Assembly: GCA_036769285.1 (NCBI GenBank)
Contig: DAIPLK010000007.1
Span: 1 to 38,205 of the forward strand
DNA: 38,205 nucleotides
Direction: 5' to 3'
Source: Gemmatimonadales bacterium
GTDB lineage: Bacteria > Gemmatimonadota > Gemmatimonadetes > Gemmatimonadales > GWC2-71-9
A program made the translations under genes and the position numbers. This document shows, one piece after another, positions 1-8,493 of the stretch. Positions within the stretch are counted from its first letter, which is position 1; each line of letters opens with the position of its first letter. The notes beneath the pieces are model-generated. The model saw nothing but the letters and a program-made list of their open reading frames with translations, did no database searches and was not told where the DNA came from.

Positions 1-2
1 AG

Positions 3-872
3 CTAGCGCACCGCCTCCCGCTCGGACAGGTCCCCCCAGTGCAGCTTCTTCCGCATCCGGCCGAAGAACCCGTCTCCGCTGAGCCGAATCAGGCATACGC
101 GATGGTCGGCCCGGCGCACATCCACGCTCTCCCCGGGCGCCAGCGTAGTGCCCGTCTGCCCGTCGAACGAGACCAGCATATCGTCGGCCCAGCCCGCCAT
201 CGGCTCGAGCACGATCCGGTAGGTGGCGGGGACGACCAGCGGCCGCACCGCGAGGGTGTGCGCCGCGATCGACGTGACGATGATCGCCTCGACGTCGGGG
301 ACGACGATCGGCCCGCCCGCGCTCAGGCTGTACGCGGTCGAGCCGGTGGGCGTGGCGACGATGATCCCGTCGGCACTGTAGGGCCCGACGTTCTCCCCTT
401 CGATGAACACGTTGACCCGCACCACGCGCGACATGCCGCCCTTGTGCACCGCGACGTCGTTCACCGCGATCTGGCTGACCAGCTGATTCCCGTCGCCGTC
501 CTTGATGGCCGCGTGGAGCGCCTGCCGCCGCTCGATGAGGTAGCGCCCCGCCACCAGCGCATCGAGCGCCGGCTCCAGGGTCTCCCGGGTGGCGGTCGTG
601 AGGAAGCCGACGCGGCCGAGGTTGACCCCGAGAATCGGGATCTCGCGTCCGGTGCAGAGACGGGCGCCACGGAGCAGCGTGCCGTCGCCGCCGAAGGTGA
701 TGAGCGCGTCGAGCTCCACGCCCTCGAACGCGGGAATGTCCCGGTTCCAAAAGTCGTCGAGCCGGGGCTCGCTGTAGAGCACGATGCCGCGAGGCGGCGC
801 CTGGATGGCGACGTGCTCCAACACGACCTTGAGATCGCGGTAGCGCGGATTGCCGACGACGCCGACCTTCAT
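3..872 (-). CDS. nadK: NAD+ kinase
   Basis: C-terminal 289 codons of ORF 3..1988, starting MKVGVVGNP. Carries the GGDGTLL and TPTGSTAYSLSAGGPIV NAD-kinase motifs. Its ATG overlaps the dxs stop (ATGA at 869-872). The rest of the long ORF overlaps dxs out of frame and is Arg/Gly/Ala-rich noise. Confidence 0.9.
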   Translation of the reverse strand: MKVGVVGNPRYRDLKVVLEHVAIQAPPRGIVLYSEPRLDDFWNRDIPAFEGVELDALITFGGDGTLLRGARLCTGREIPILGVNLGRVGFLTTATRETLEPALDALVAGRYLIERRQALHAAIKDGDGNQLVSQIAVNDVAVHKGGMSRVVRVNVFIEGENVGPYSADGIIVATPTGSTAYSLSAGGPIVVPDVEAIIVTSIAAHTLAVRPLVVPATYRIVLEPMAGWADDMLVSFDGQTGTTLAPGESVDVRRADHRVCLIRLSGDGFFGRMRKKLHWGDLSEREAVR

Positions 873-2767
873 CGCGCCTCGAGGCTCTCCTCGTGCTGCA
901 GCGCGGTGATCCGGCGGGCAATGCCGGCGCCGGTGAGACCGAACAGCTCCAGCTGCTCGAGGCGGGGGGCCTGCTCGATGAGGCGGTCGGGCACGCCGAG
1001 CGCCACGACCCGCACCTCGGGACGCGTCGTCTGCAGCGTCTCGGCGAGGTAGGCGCCGAAGCCGTTCACGATGGTCCCTTCCTCGACCGTGACGATCGTC
1101 CGGTGCTCCTGCAGCAGCAACTCGAGCAGCGAGAGGTCGAGCGGCTTGAGGAACCGCGCGTTGACCACTGCGCAGTCGATGCCGTCGGCCGCCAGCAGCT
1201 CGGCCGCCAGCAGCGCCGGCTGCACCATGGTGCCGACCGCGAGGATGGCCAGGTCCTTCCCCGAGCGGAGCTGCTCCCACGTGCCGTACGGCACGGCGGG
1301 GATCTCGGATGCCGGCCGGGGCTCGGCCGGGGCCTTGTCGCGCGGGTACCGAGTGCAGAACGGGCCGCCGGTGTACGCCAGCGCCGTCCGGAGCAGGCCG
1401 ATCAGCTCGTCGCCGTCCTTGGGGGCGGTCACGGTCATCCCCGGCACCGCCAGCATGTAGGCAATGTCGTAGAGGCCCATGTGGGTCTGGCCGTCCTCGC
1501 CCACCAGCCCCGCGCGGTCCATGCAGAACGTCACCGGCAGGTGCTGCACGGCGATGTCGTGGATGACGTTGTCGTACGCCCGCTGAAGGAACGTGCTGTA
1601 GATCGCGACCACCGGCCGGATCCCCTGCGTCGCGAGCCCGCCGGCGAACGTTACCGCATGTCCCTCCGCGATTCCGACGTCGAAGAATCGCTCCGGGTGC
1701 CGCTGCTGGAAGATGTTGGTTCCGGTGCCGCTGGCCATGGCCGCGGTGATCGCCACCACCTCGGGATGCTCCACCGCGAGCGCCGTCAGACCCTCGCCGA
1801 AGAGCTGAGTCCACGTAGGCGGGCCGCTCGCCTTCTTCCGCGCCTCCCCCGTGACCGGGTCGTACGCCGCCAGCCCGTGCCACTTCTCCTGGTTGTCCTC
1901 GGCGTGGGCAAAGCCCTTTCCCTTCTGCGTCATGACGTGGATCACCCGTGGCCCGCTCATGTCGCGGACGAACCGAAGGGTGTCGCACAGCTTCGGCAGG
2001 TCGTGCCCGTCGATCGGCCCGAAGTACCGGAAGCCAAGCTCCTCGAACAGCATGCCGGGCGAGAACAGATTCTTGACACTCTCCTCGACGTTCCTGGCGA
2101 AGTCCACCACTCCGTCGCCGAACACACCGCCGAGGGCGAAGGTCATTCCCTTGATCTTCTCGCGCAGGCGATTGGTGCGCGGGTCGGCGACGATCCGGCC
2201 GAGCGTCTTGCTGATGGCGCCGACGTTGGGGGAGATGGACATCCCGTTGTCGTTGACGATGAGGATGATGTCGCGCTCGGAGTGCCCGGCATTGTTCATC
2301 CCCTCGTACGAGAGCCCGCAGGTGAGCGCGCCGTCACCCACGACCGCGACGACCTTGTGGTTCTCGCCCTTGAGGTCGCGTGCCGTCGCCATCCCGAGCG
2401 CGGCCGACATGGCGGTGCCCGCGTGGCCGGCGCCGAACTGGTCGTGCTCGCTCTCGTTCCGCTTGAGGAAGCCGGAGATCCCGTCACGCTGGCGGAGGGT
2501 CGGGAACGGCTCGTTCCGGCCGGTGAGGAGCTTCCAGGCGTAGGCCTGGTGGCCGACGTCCCACACGACCTTGTCGTTGGGCGAGTCGAACTCGTACAGC
2601 AGGGCGATGCTGAGCTCGACGACCCCGAGACTCGCGCCGATGTGGCCGCCGGTCATCGAGACGCACTCGATCAGGCGGTCGCGGATCTCCTGCGCGAGCT
2701 GCGGGAGCTGGTCCCGGCGCAGGCGCCTGAGGTCGGCAGGGGTCTGGATAGTCGAGAGGAGGGTCAT
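869..2767 (-). CDS. dxs: 1-deoxy-D-xylulose-5-phosphate synthase
   Basis: 632-aa ORF. Motifs: TGGHIGASLGVVEL, the thiamine-diphosphate motif GDGALT...NDN, and transketolase-like C-terminal domains. Length is typical for DXS. Confidence 0.95.
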   Translation of the reverse strand: MTLLSTIQTPADLRRLRRDQLPQLAQEIRDRLIECVSMTGGHIGASLGVVELSIALLYEFDSPNDKVVWDVGHQAYAWKLLTGRNEPFPTLRQRDGISGFLKRNESEHDQFGAGHAGTAMSAALGMATARDLKGENHKVVAVVGDGALTCGLSYEGMNNAGHSERDIILIVNDNGMSISPNVGAISKTLGRIVADPRTNRLREKIKGMTFALGGVFGDGVVDFARNVEESVKNLFSPGMLFEELGFRYFGPIDGHDLPKLCDTLRFVRDMSGPRVIHVMTQKGKGFAHAEDNQEKWHGLAAYDPVTGEARKKASGPPTWTQLFGEGLTALAVEHPEVVAITAAMASGTGTNIFQQRHPERFFDVGIAEGHAVTFAGGLATQGIRPVVAIYSTFLQRAYDNVIHDIAVQHLPVTFCMDRAGLVGEDGQTHMGLYDIAYMLAVPGMTVTAPKDGDELIGLLRTALAYTGGPFCTRYPRDKAPAEPRPASEIPAVPYGTWEQLRSGKDLAILAVGTMVQPALLAAELLAADGIDCAVVNARFLKPLDLSLLELLLQEHRTIVTVEEGTIVNGFGAYLAETLQTTRPEVRVVALGVPDRLIEQAPRLEQLELFGLTGAGIARRITALQHEESLEAR

Positions 2768-2811
2768 GGTCGGGCTCGGTGATCGTGCATGCGCGGAGCG
2801 GTGCCCTATTC

Positions 2812-2885
2812 CTGAGTCACCCTGAGCGAAGCAAAGAGGGCATGCGCCAAGTTCTGCCCCCTTCGCCTTGCTCAGGGTGACTCGG
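2812..2885. repeat. Palindromic intergenic element, copy A (subfamily GAGTCACCCTGAGCG)
   Basis: Left arm CTGAGTCACCCTGAGCGAAGCAAAGAGGG and right arm CCCCCTTCGCCTTGCTCAGGGTGACTCGG are near-perfect reverse complements around a CATG-containing loop. Lies in the dxs-ispA spacer. Confidence 0.85.
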
Positions 2886-2917
2886 AGTGGAAACCCCGTT
2901 CCCTGCGTCGGATATCG

Positions 2918-3826
2918 CTACGAACTCCTGCTCACAATATACCCCGCCAAGGCTCCGAGTGCCCGCGCCGGAACGCCGGCCCGGTCGAGCCACTCCACCG
3001 CCCTCCGCGCGAGCGCTTCAGCCTCCTGGCGGGCCTCCTCGACACCCAGCAACCGCACATAGGTGGACTTGGCCAGCTCCGCGTCGCGCCCGGCCGTCTT
3101 GCCGAGCTCCTCGCTCGTCCCGGTGCAGTCGAGCACGTCGTCAGCGATCTGGAAGGCGAGCCCCACGTCTTCCCCGAACGCCGTCAGGGCCGCGACCTGC
3201 GCCGGCTCCGCCGCGGCCGCAATCCCGCCCAGGGTGCACGAGGCCCGGATCAGCGCGCCGGTCTTCCCGCGGTGCACCGCCATCAGCTGTGGCAGGGTGA
3301 GGGTCCGTCGCTCCGCCTCCAGGTCGAGCCACTGCCCACCGACCATTCCCTCGATCCCGCCCGCCGAGAACAACTCCCGAGCCATCCGGCCGAGCGCTGC
3401 CGCCGGCAGGGCCAGCTCGTCGGCCGCTGCCGCGAGCACGCGCGCGGCCACCGGTACCAGCAGGAAGCCGACCCGGGTGGCCGTCGGGACGTCGAATTGG
3501 CGGTGGGTCGTCGGCCGGCCACGGCGGAGATCGTCGTCGTCCATGCAGGGGAGATCGTCGTGGACGAGCGAGTAGGCGTGCACCGTCTCCACCGCCGCGG
3601 CGACACCGGCAATCGCGGGCGATCGGCCGCCCACCGCGCGGTACGCGGCCGTCACCAGCGCCGCACGCACCCGCTTCCCTGGCGTCACCAGCGCGTACGC
3701 GAGCGCGTCCCCCAACCGGCCGCCGAATTCCCCCTGGAGCCGCTCGGCCCAGTGTGCCAGCAGCGCGTCAGTGCGCTCCCGTGCGTCGGTCAGGAGGTCG
3801 GCCGCGGAACCCGGCGCCAGGTTCAA
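2918..3826 (-). CDS. ispA: Polyprenyl (farnesyl/geranylgeranyl) diphosphate synthase
   Basis: 302-aa ORF with both aspartate-rich motifs (HDDLPCMDDDDLRRG and FQIADDVLD). Sits in the conserved xseB-ispA-dxs synteny. Confidence 0.9.
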   Translation of the reverse strand: MNLAPGSAADLLTDARERTDALLAHWAERLQGEFGGRLGDALAYALVTPGKRVRAALVTAAYRAVGGRSPAIAGVAAAVETVHAYSLVHDDLPCMDDDDLRRGRPTTHRQFDVPTATRVGFLLVPVAARVLAAAADELALPAAALGRMARELFSAGGIEGMVGGQWLDLEAERRTLTLPQLMAVHRGKTGALIRASCTLGGIAAAAEPAQVAALTAFGEDVGLAFQIADDVLDCTGTSEELGKTAGRDAELAKSTYVRLLGVEEARQEAEALARRAVEWLDRAGVPARALGALAGYIVSRSS

Positions 3827-3841
3827 GCGTGCTTCCTCCTA

Positions 3842-3908
3842 GGTCATCCTGAGCGAAGCGAAGGAGCTATGCGTCGGGCCATGGCTCCTGCGGTCGGCTC
3901 AGGATGCC
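3842..3908. repeat. Palindromic intergenic element, copy B (subfamily GGTCATCCTGAGCG)
   Basis: GGTCATCCTGAGCGAAGCGAAGGAGC (3842-3867) pairs with GCTCCTGCGGTCGGCTCAGGATGCC (3884-3908). The outer 12 and inner 6 positions are complementary and the middle has diverged. Lies in the ispA-xseB spacer. Confidence 0.75.
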
Positions 3909-3934
3909 TCGGATGGCGGCGTATCATGGCCTCC

Positions 3935-4150
3935 TCACGTATCCAGGTGCTCAAGGTGGAGATCGCCGCCTGCCCCCTCCAGTACCGTCTGGACCTTGAG
4001 ATCGGCGGCAGCCAGCCGCTCCCGGGCCGAGCGGAGGCGCGCCACGCCCTCCTCGAACAGCGCGAGGGCGGCGTCGAGCTCGATGTCGTCGGACTCGAGC
4101 CGGCGGACGATCTCCTCGAGCCGGGTCAGGTCGTCGGCGATGGTGGTCAT
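3935..4150 (-). CDS. xseB: Exodeoxyribonuclease VII small subunit
   Basis: 71-aa helical ORF (LEEIVRRLESDDIELDAALALFEEGVARL), typical of XseB. Its start overlaps the xseA stop by 4 nt. Confidence 0.9.
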   Translation of the reverse strand: MTTIADDLTRLEEIVRRLESDDIELDAALALFEEGVARLRSARERLAAADLKVQTVLEGAGGDLHLEHLDT

Positions 4151-5304
4151 CGGGCCTCCACGCGGGCAGGGACGCTGCCGTCGACCACCCGCAGGCTGAA
4201 GGGTGCGCCGGGGATGAACTCCGCCCGGCGCTTGAGGATGCGGCCGTCCGGCGCGGTCGGCAGCGCGTAACCGCGCTCGAGCACGCGGAGCGGGCTCAGT
4301 GCCTCGAGCTGCGCCGCCAGCCGGGCCAGGTCGTGGCCGCGGCGCTCCAGCACCGCGGCAATGGCGCCCTGCAACCGATCGCCGGCCCGCTCGACCCGCT
4401 CGATCCCGAGCCGCGTGCGCCCGCCGAGCCCGCCGGCCAGCCGCGCGGCCAGATCATCGAGCGCGCGGCGCACGTCGCGCTGATCCGCCAGGGCCAGCTC
4501 GGCGGCGGCGGACGGGGTCGGGGCGCGGACGTCGGCGACGAGATCGGTGAGGGAGATGTCGGTTTCGTGCCCGACCGCCGAGATCGTGGGTACTCGCACT
4601 GCCGCAAGGGCACGACATACCGCCTCGGCGTTGAACGCCGCGAGGTCTTCCCGCCCGCCGCCACCGCGGCCCACGATGCAGAGGTCCACGTCGGGGAGGC
4701 GATTCACCAGGCGGAGCGCTCGCACCAGCTCGTCCACGGCACCATCGCCCTGCACGCGCGTGTCGATGACGAGGAGCCGGGCGGAGGGCCAGCGCCGCCG
4801 GCTGACCGTGATGATGTCACGGAGCGCGGCGCCGGCCACGCTGGTCACGACAGCCACGGCGCTGGCGAACGCCGGCAAGCGCCGCTTCCGGGCCGGGTCG
4901 AAGAGCCCCTCCTTGTGCAGCAGCGCCTTCACCCGCTCGAGCTCCTGCTGCGCCTGGCCGATGGCCGCGGTTGGGATCAGCCGGGTGACGTTGAGCTGGA
5001 ACTCGCCCTTGGCCTCGTAGATCGCGGGCTTTCCCTGCACGAATACTTCGGTGCCCTCTGCCGGCGGCTTCCCCGCCTTGACCGCGTCGCGCTTCCACAT
5101 GCAGCAGCGCACCTGGCTGGTGGCGTCGCGCAGGTTGAAGTACCAGTGCCCGCTGGTCCAGACCTTGAACCCGGTCACCTCCCCGCGCACCCACATCGGC
5201 AGGAACCCGCCTTCCACGATCCGCTTGGCTGCGGCCGTGAGCTGGCTGACCGACCAGACATCGTCAGTGGGGGTGATCAGGTCGGACTGGAAGGGGAGAG
5301 CCAT
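4147..5304 (-). CDS. xseA: Exodeoxyribonuclease VII large subunit
   Basis: 385-aa ORF. N-terminal OB-fold region (VWSVSQLT...WVRGEVTGFK...SGHWYFNLRD) and catalytic region (GRGGGGREDL). Confidence 0.92.
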   Translation of the reverse strand: MALPFQSDLITPTDDVWSVSQLTAAAKRIVEGGFLPMWVRGEVTGFKVWTSGHWYFNLRDATSQVRCCMWKRDAVKAGKPPAEGTEVFVQGKPAIYEAKGEFQLNVTRLIPTAAIGQAQQELERVKALLHKEGLFDPARKRRLPAFASAVAVVTSVAGAALRDIITVSRRRWPSARLLVIDTRVQGDGAVDELVRALRLVNRLPDVDLCIVGRGGGGREDLAAFNAEAVCRALAAVRVPTISAVGHETDISLTDLVADVRAPTPSAAAELALADQRDVRRALDDLAARLAGGLGGRTRLGIERVERAGDRLQGAIAAVLERRGHDLARLAAQLEALSPLRVLERGYALPTAPDGRILKRRAEFIPGAPFSLRVVDGSVPARVEAR

Positions 5305-5394
5305 GGCAGGACGGCGTCGGACCGGGGCGCGCGGCTGCTCACCATGAAGGCACGAGCGGGCTCTCGGTCCCCCTCGCGCCGTCGCGGTGAATCA

Positions 5395-6282
5395 TCACCG
5401 AGCCTCCGCCTGCTCGAACGCCTGGAGCGTATTCTGCAGCAGCATGGCAATGGTCATGCGGCCCACGCCGCCCGGCACGGGCGTGATGGCCCCGGCCACC
5501 TCGGACACCGGCCCGTACGCCACGTCGCCCACGATGCGGTAGCCCCTGGGCTGCGAGGCGTCGTCCACCCGGTTGATGCCGACGTCGATGACGGTGGCTC
5601 CCGGGCGGACCATGTCGGCGGTGACGAATTCTGGCTTGCCCATGGCCACGACCAGAATGTCCGCCCCGCGGCAGATCCCGGGCAGGTCGCGCGACTTGGA
5701 GTGGCAGACGGTGACCGTCGCGTCGCCGCCCTTGCCGGGCTGGATCAGGAGGCTCGCCATCGGCTTGCCGACGATGTTCGAACGACCCACGATGACGGCG
5801 TTGGCGCCCCGGGTCTCGATCCCCGAGCGGATCAGCATCTGCTGCACGCCGTAGGGGGTGGCCGGTTTCAGCGCCGTCGGATCGCCGATACTCAGTTTGC
5901 CCACGTTGACCGGGTGGAACCCGTCCACGTCCTTGGCCGGGTTGACGCTGTTGAGCACCCGCTCGCTGTTGATGTGCTTCGGCAGCGGGAGCTGCACCAG
6001 GAAGCCGTGGATGCGCGCATCGGTGTTGAGCCGCTCCACCACCCCGAGCAGCTCGGCCTCGCTGGCCTGCTCGGGGAGGCGGATCGTCTCGGAGTGCATC
6101 CCCGCCTCCTCGCACGCCTTCCCCTTGGCCTTGACGTAGACCTGGCTGGCCGGGTTCTCGCCGACGATGACCACGGCGAGCCCGGGCTGCCGGCCCCGCC
6201 CGCTATGCTTCTTGACCCCTTCCGCGACCTCCGCGCGGATGGCGTCGGCCAGCGGCACTCCATCGAGAATGCGGGCGCTCAT
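5395..6282 (-). CDS. folD: Bifunctional methylenetetrahydrofolate dehydrogenase/methenyl-THF cyclohydrolase
   Basis: 295-aa ORF. ILDG...A start, [26 protein letters not shown] and [16 protein letters not shown] motifs. Confidence 0.95.
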   Translation of the reverse strand: MSARILDGVPLADAIRAEVAEGVKKHSGRGRQPGLAVVIVGENPASQVYVKAKGKACEEAGMHSETIRLPEQASEAELLGVVERLNTDARIHGFLVQLPLPKHINSERVLNSVNPAKDVDGFHPVNVGKLSIGDPTALKPATPYGVQQMLIRSGIETRGANAVIVGRSNIVGKPMASLLIQPGKGGDATVTVCHSKSRDLPGICRGADILVVAMGKPEFVTADMVRPGATVIDVGINRVDDASQPRGYRIVGDVAYGPVSEVAGAITPVPGGVGRMTIAMLLQNTLQAFEQAEAR

Positions 6283-7859
6283 CGTGCATAGTCCACGGCT
6301 CTGGTCTCCCTGATGACGACGACTTTGATTTGACCCGGATACTGCAGCTCGTGCTCGATTTTGCGGGCGATGGTTTCGGACAGCTGCGCGGCGGCGCCGT
6401 CGTCGATGCGCTCGGGCGTGACGACCACCCGCACCTCCCGCCCCGCCTGGATGACGTTGGTCTTCTCGACCCCGGGGAACCCGTTGGCGATCTCCTCGAG
6501 GCGGGTCAGCCGCTTGACGTAGGTCTCGAACGCCTCGCGGCGGGCGCCGGGGCGGGCGCCGCTGACGGCGTCCGCGGCCTGCACCAGGACCGACTCGGTG
6601 CTCTCGTGCGGCACGTCGTCATGGTGCGCCTGGATGCAGTTGATGACGGCGGCGTTCTCCCCGTACCGGCGGGCCACTTCGACACCCAGCTCGACGTGCG
6701 TCCCCTCGTTGTCGTGCGTGAGCACCTTGCCGATGTCGTGCAGCAGCCCGCCCCGCTTGGCCAGCGCCACGTCGAGGTGCAGCTCGGCCGCCATCATTCC
6801 GGCCAGCCAGGCGACCTCCTTCGAGTGGTCGTAGATGTTCTGGCCGTAGGACGTGCGGTAGCGCATCCGGCCGATCAGCTTGATCAGTTCGGGATGGAGC
6901 CCGTGGATGCCGGTGTCGTAGGCCGCCTGCTCGCCCAGTTCGACCAGCTGCGCCTCCAGCTCCTTCTGCGCCTTGTGGACGATCTCCTCGATCCGGCCCG
7001 GGTGGATCCGCCCGTCCTGAATCAGCGCCTCGAGCGACCGCCGCGCCACCTCGCGGCGGATCGGGTCGAAGCAGCTCACGCTCACCGTGTCCGGCGTGTC
7101 GTCGATGATGACGTCCACGCCGGTGGCGGTCTCGAACGCGCGGATGTTCCGGCCCTCGCGGCCGATGATCCGGCCCTTCATCTCCTCGCTTGGCAGGGGC
7201 ACCGCCGCCACGGTGGTCTCCGCCGTGTGCTCGGCGGCGATCCGCTGGATGGCCATCGAGAGGATGCGCCGCGCCTCGCGGTCGGCGCCGCGCTTGGCCT
7301 GCTCCTTGATGTCGCGGGCGAGCGCCTGCGCCTGGGTCCGCGCCTCATCCTCCACCCGCTGGAGAATCTCGCGCCGCGCGTCTTCCGCGCTCAGGCCCGC
7401 GATCCGCTCGAGCTTGACCCGCTGCTCCTGCGCCAGCCGGTCGGCCTCGCCCTCGCGGGCGCCGAGCGCCTGCTCCCGCTGGGCCAGCGCCTCCGCGCGC
7501 TTGCCGAGCGTGCGGTCGCGCGCCTCCAGCTCCTCGAGCTTCCGCTCGTGCGCGCGAGTCCGCTCGTCGGCGCGGCGCTCGAGCCGCTCCCACTCCTCCC
7601 GCCGCCGGTGTCCCTCGCGGTCGAGGTCCTCGCGCTGCTTGAGGGCCTCGATCTTGGCGGCCACCATCACCTCGGCCTTGGCTGCCTCCCCCTCGCGGAT
7701 CGCCTCCCCCTTCAGCCGCTCGGCTTCCGCGCGCGCGCGGCCCAGGATGCCGGTGGCGGCGACCCGCTGTCGGTGGGCGTTGATGGCGATCAATGCGAGC
7801 GCGACGGCGAGGCCGGCCACCACGCCCACCAGCGCGGGCAGGAGGAGCTGCTGGGACAT
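6279..7859 (-). CDS. rny: Ribonuclease Y
   Basis: 526-aa ORF with an N-terminal TM helix and a long E/R/A-rich coiled coil. Contains a KH domain ([13 protein letters not shown]) and an HD domain (LLHDIGKV...QAHHDD). Confidence 0.95.
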   Translation of the reverse strand: MSQQLLLPALVGVVAGLAVALALIAINAHRQRVAATGILGRARAEAERLKGEAIREGEAAKAEVMVAAKIEALKQREDLDREGHRRREEWERLERRADERTRAHERKLEELEARDRTLGKRAEALAQREQALGAREGEADRLAQEQRVKLERIAGLSAEDARREILQRVEDEARTQAQALARDIKEQAKRGADREARRILSMAIQRIAAEHTAETTVAAVPLPSEEMKGRIIGREGRNIRAFETATGVDVIIDDTPDTVSVSCFDPIRREVARRSLEALIQDGRIHPGRIEEIVHKAQKELEAQLVELGEQAAYDTGIHGLHPELIKLIGRMRYRTSYGQNIYDHSKEVAWLAGMMAAELHLDVALAKRGGLLHDIGKVLTHDNEGTHVELGVEVARRYGENAAVINCIQAHHDDVPHESTESVLVQAADAVSGARPGARREAFETYVKRLTRLEEIANGFPGVEKTNVIQAGREVRVVVTPERIDDGAAAQLSETIARKIEHELQYPGQIKVVVIRETRAVDYAR

Positions 7860-7871
7860 CGAGAATCTCCG

Positions 7872-8183
7872 CTAGGACGCAGCCGCGCGATTGCCCCGCT
7901 TCGACGGCGGAAGCAAGCGGGCGAACTCGTTCGCCATCTGGGTCAGCCGGTCCGCGATCTGGCGGTCGCCCCGCCGGGCCTGGAACAGCTCATCGGTGAT
8001 CGCCAGCCCGGCCAGGATGGCCGCCTTGTGGGTCTCGACCATCGGCAGCGAGTCGCGCACGCGCTTGAGCGCGGCATCGAGATAGGTCGCCACCTCGCGG
8101 GTGTATTCGGGCGGAAGCTCCGAGCGGACCGTGAACTCCTCGCCCCCGATCGTCACCTTGACCGCGTTCTTCGCCTGGCTCAT
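7872..8183 (-). CDS. zapA: Cell division protein ZapA
   Basis: 103-aa tail of ORF 7872..9071, starting MSQAKNAVKVTIGGEEFTV with ...AAILAGLAITDEL, typical of ZapA. The ATG overlaps the upstream gene's stop (ATGA at 8180-8183). Confidence 0.85.
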   Translation of the reverse strand: MSQAKNAVKVTIGGEEFTVRSELPPEYTREVATYLDAALKRVRDSLPMVETHKAAILAGLAITDELFQARRGDRQIADRLTQMANEFARLLPPSKRGNRAAAS

Positions 8184-8491
8184 GCCGCGTTCCCTCCCCC
8201 GTGCTGCTCGAGGAACGCCAGGCGAGCCACGAGCGCCCGGAGGCGCTCCTTGGCACTCTCGATCCGCTGCCGGAGCGCCTGGTTCTCGGTCTCGAGCTCG
8301 ATCACCCGCTGGCGCGACTCCTTGAGCTCCGCACCTGCGACGACGCCCCCGCTCGCCTGGGCCTCCTTCAGCTCGCCCTCGGCCTTGAGGGTGCGGCGTC
8401 GCCAGGCCGCCAGCTCCTCCGCCAGGTTTTGGAGAACCGGCTCGAGCTCGGCCAGGGCCGGCAAGTCGGGACGCTCGTAGGTGTATGCCAC
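8180..8491 (-). CDS. Coiled-coil protein, ZapB-like (hypothetical)
   Basis: In-frame tail of ORF 8180..8947. GTG start at 8491 is preceded by GGAGG at 6-nt spacing and lies 2 nt after the pheT stop. Heptad-like E/L/R/A-rich sequence (VIELETENQALRQRIESAKERLRAL). Translationally coupled to zapA. Confidence 0.6.
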   Translation of the reverse strand: MAYTYERPDLPALAELEPVLQNLAEELAAWRRRTLKAEGELKEAQASGGVVAGAELKESRQRVIELETENQALRQRIESAKERLRALVARLAFLEQHGGGNAA

Positions 8492-8493
8492 GG

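Noticed and set aside
872-1988. 5' extensions of minus-strand ORFs beyond the starts I chose: 3..1988, 7872..9071, 13704..14906, 14615..16030, 16763..18916, 19100..20794, 19897..21840, 23227..24129, 24320..26233, 33271..34227, 36287..37744.
   Set aside because: The extensions overlap the upstream, independently recognisable gene in another frame and add no homologous sequence. The family-typical N-termini begin at internal ATG or GTG codons, usually exactly at a 4-nt overlap with the upstream stop.
893-2782. Long plus-strand ORFs antisense to annotated genes. Examples: 893..2782, 4333..6291, 6330..8480, 8485..10320, 13545..15566, 16661..18469, 24257..26167, 27361..28674, 30072..31628, 33906..36035.
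   Set aside because: Each is mirrored by a minus-strand gene with clear family motifs. Their translations are Arg/Ala/Gly/Pro-rich low-complexity sequence with no recognisable domains. Stop-codon-poor antisense frames are expected at about 70% GC.
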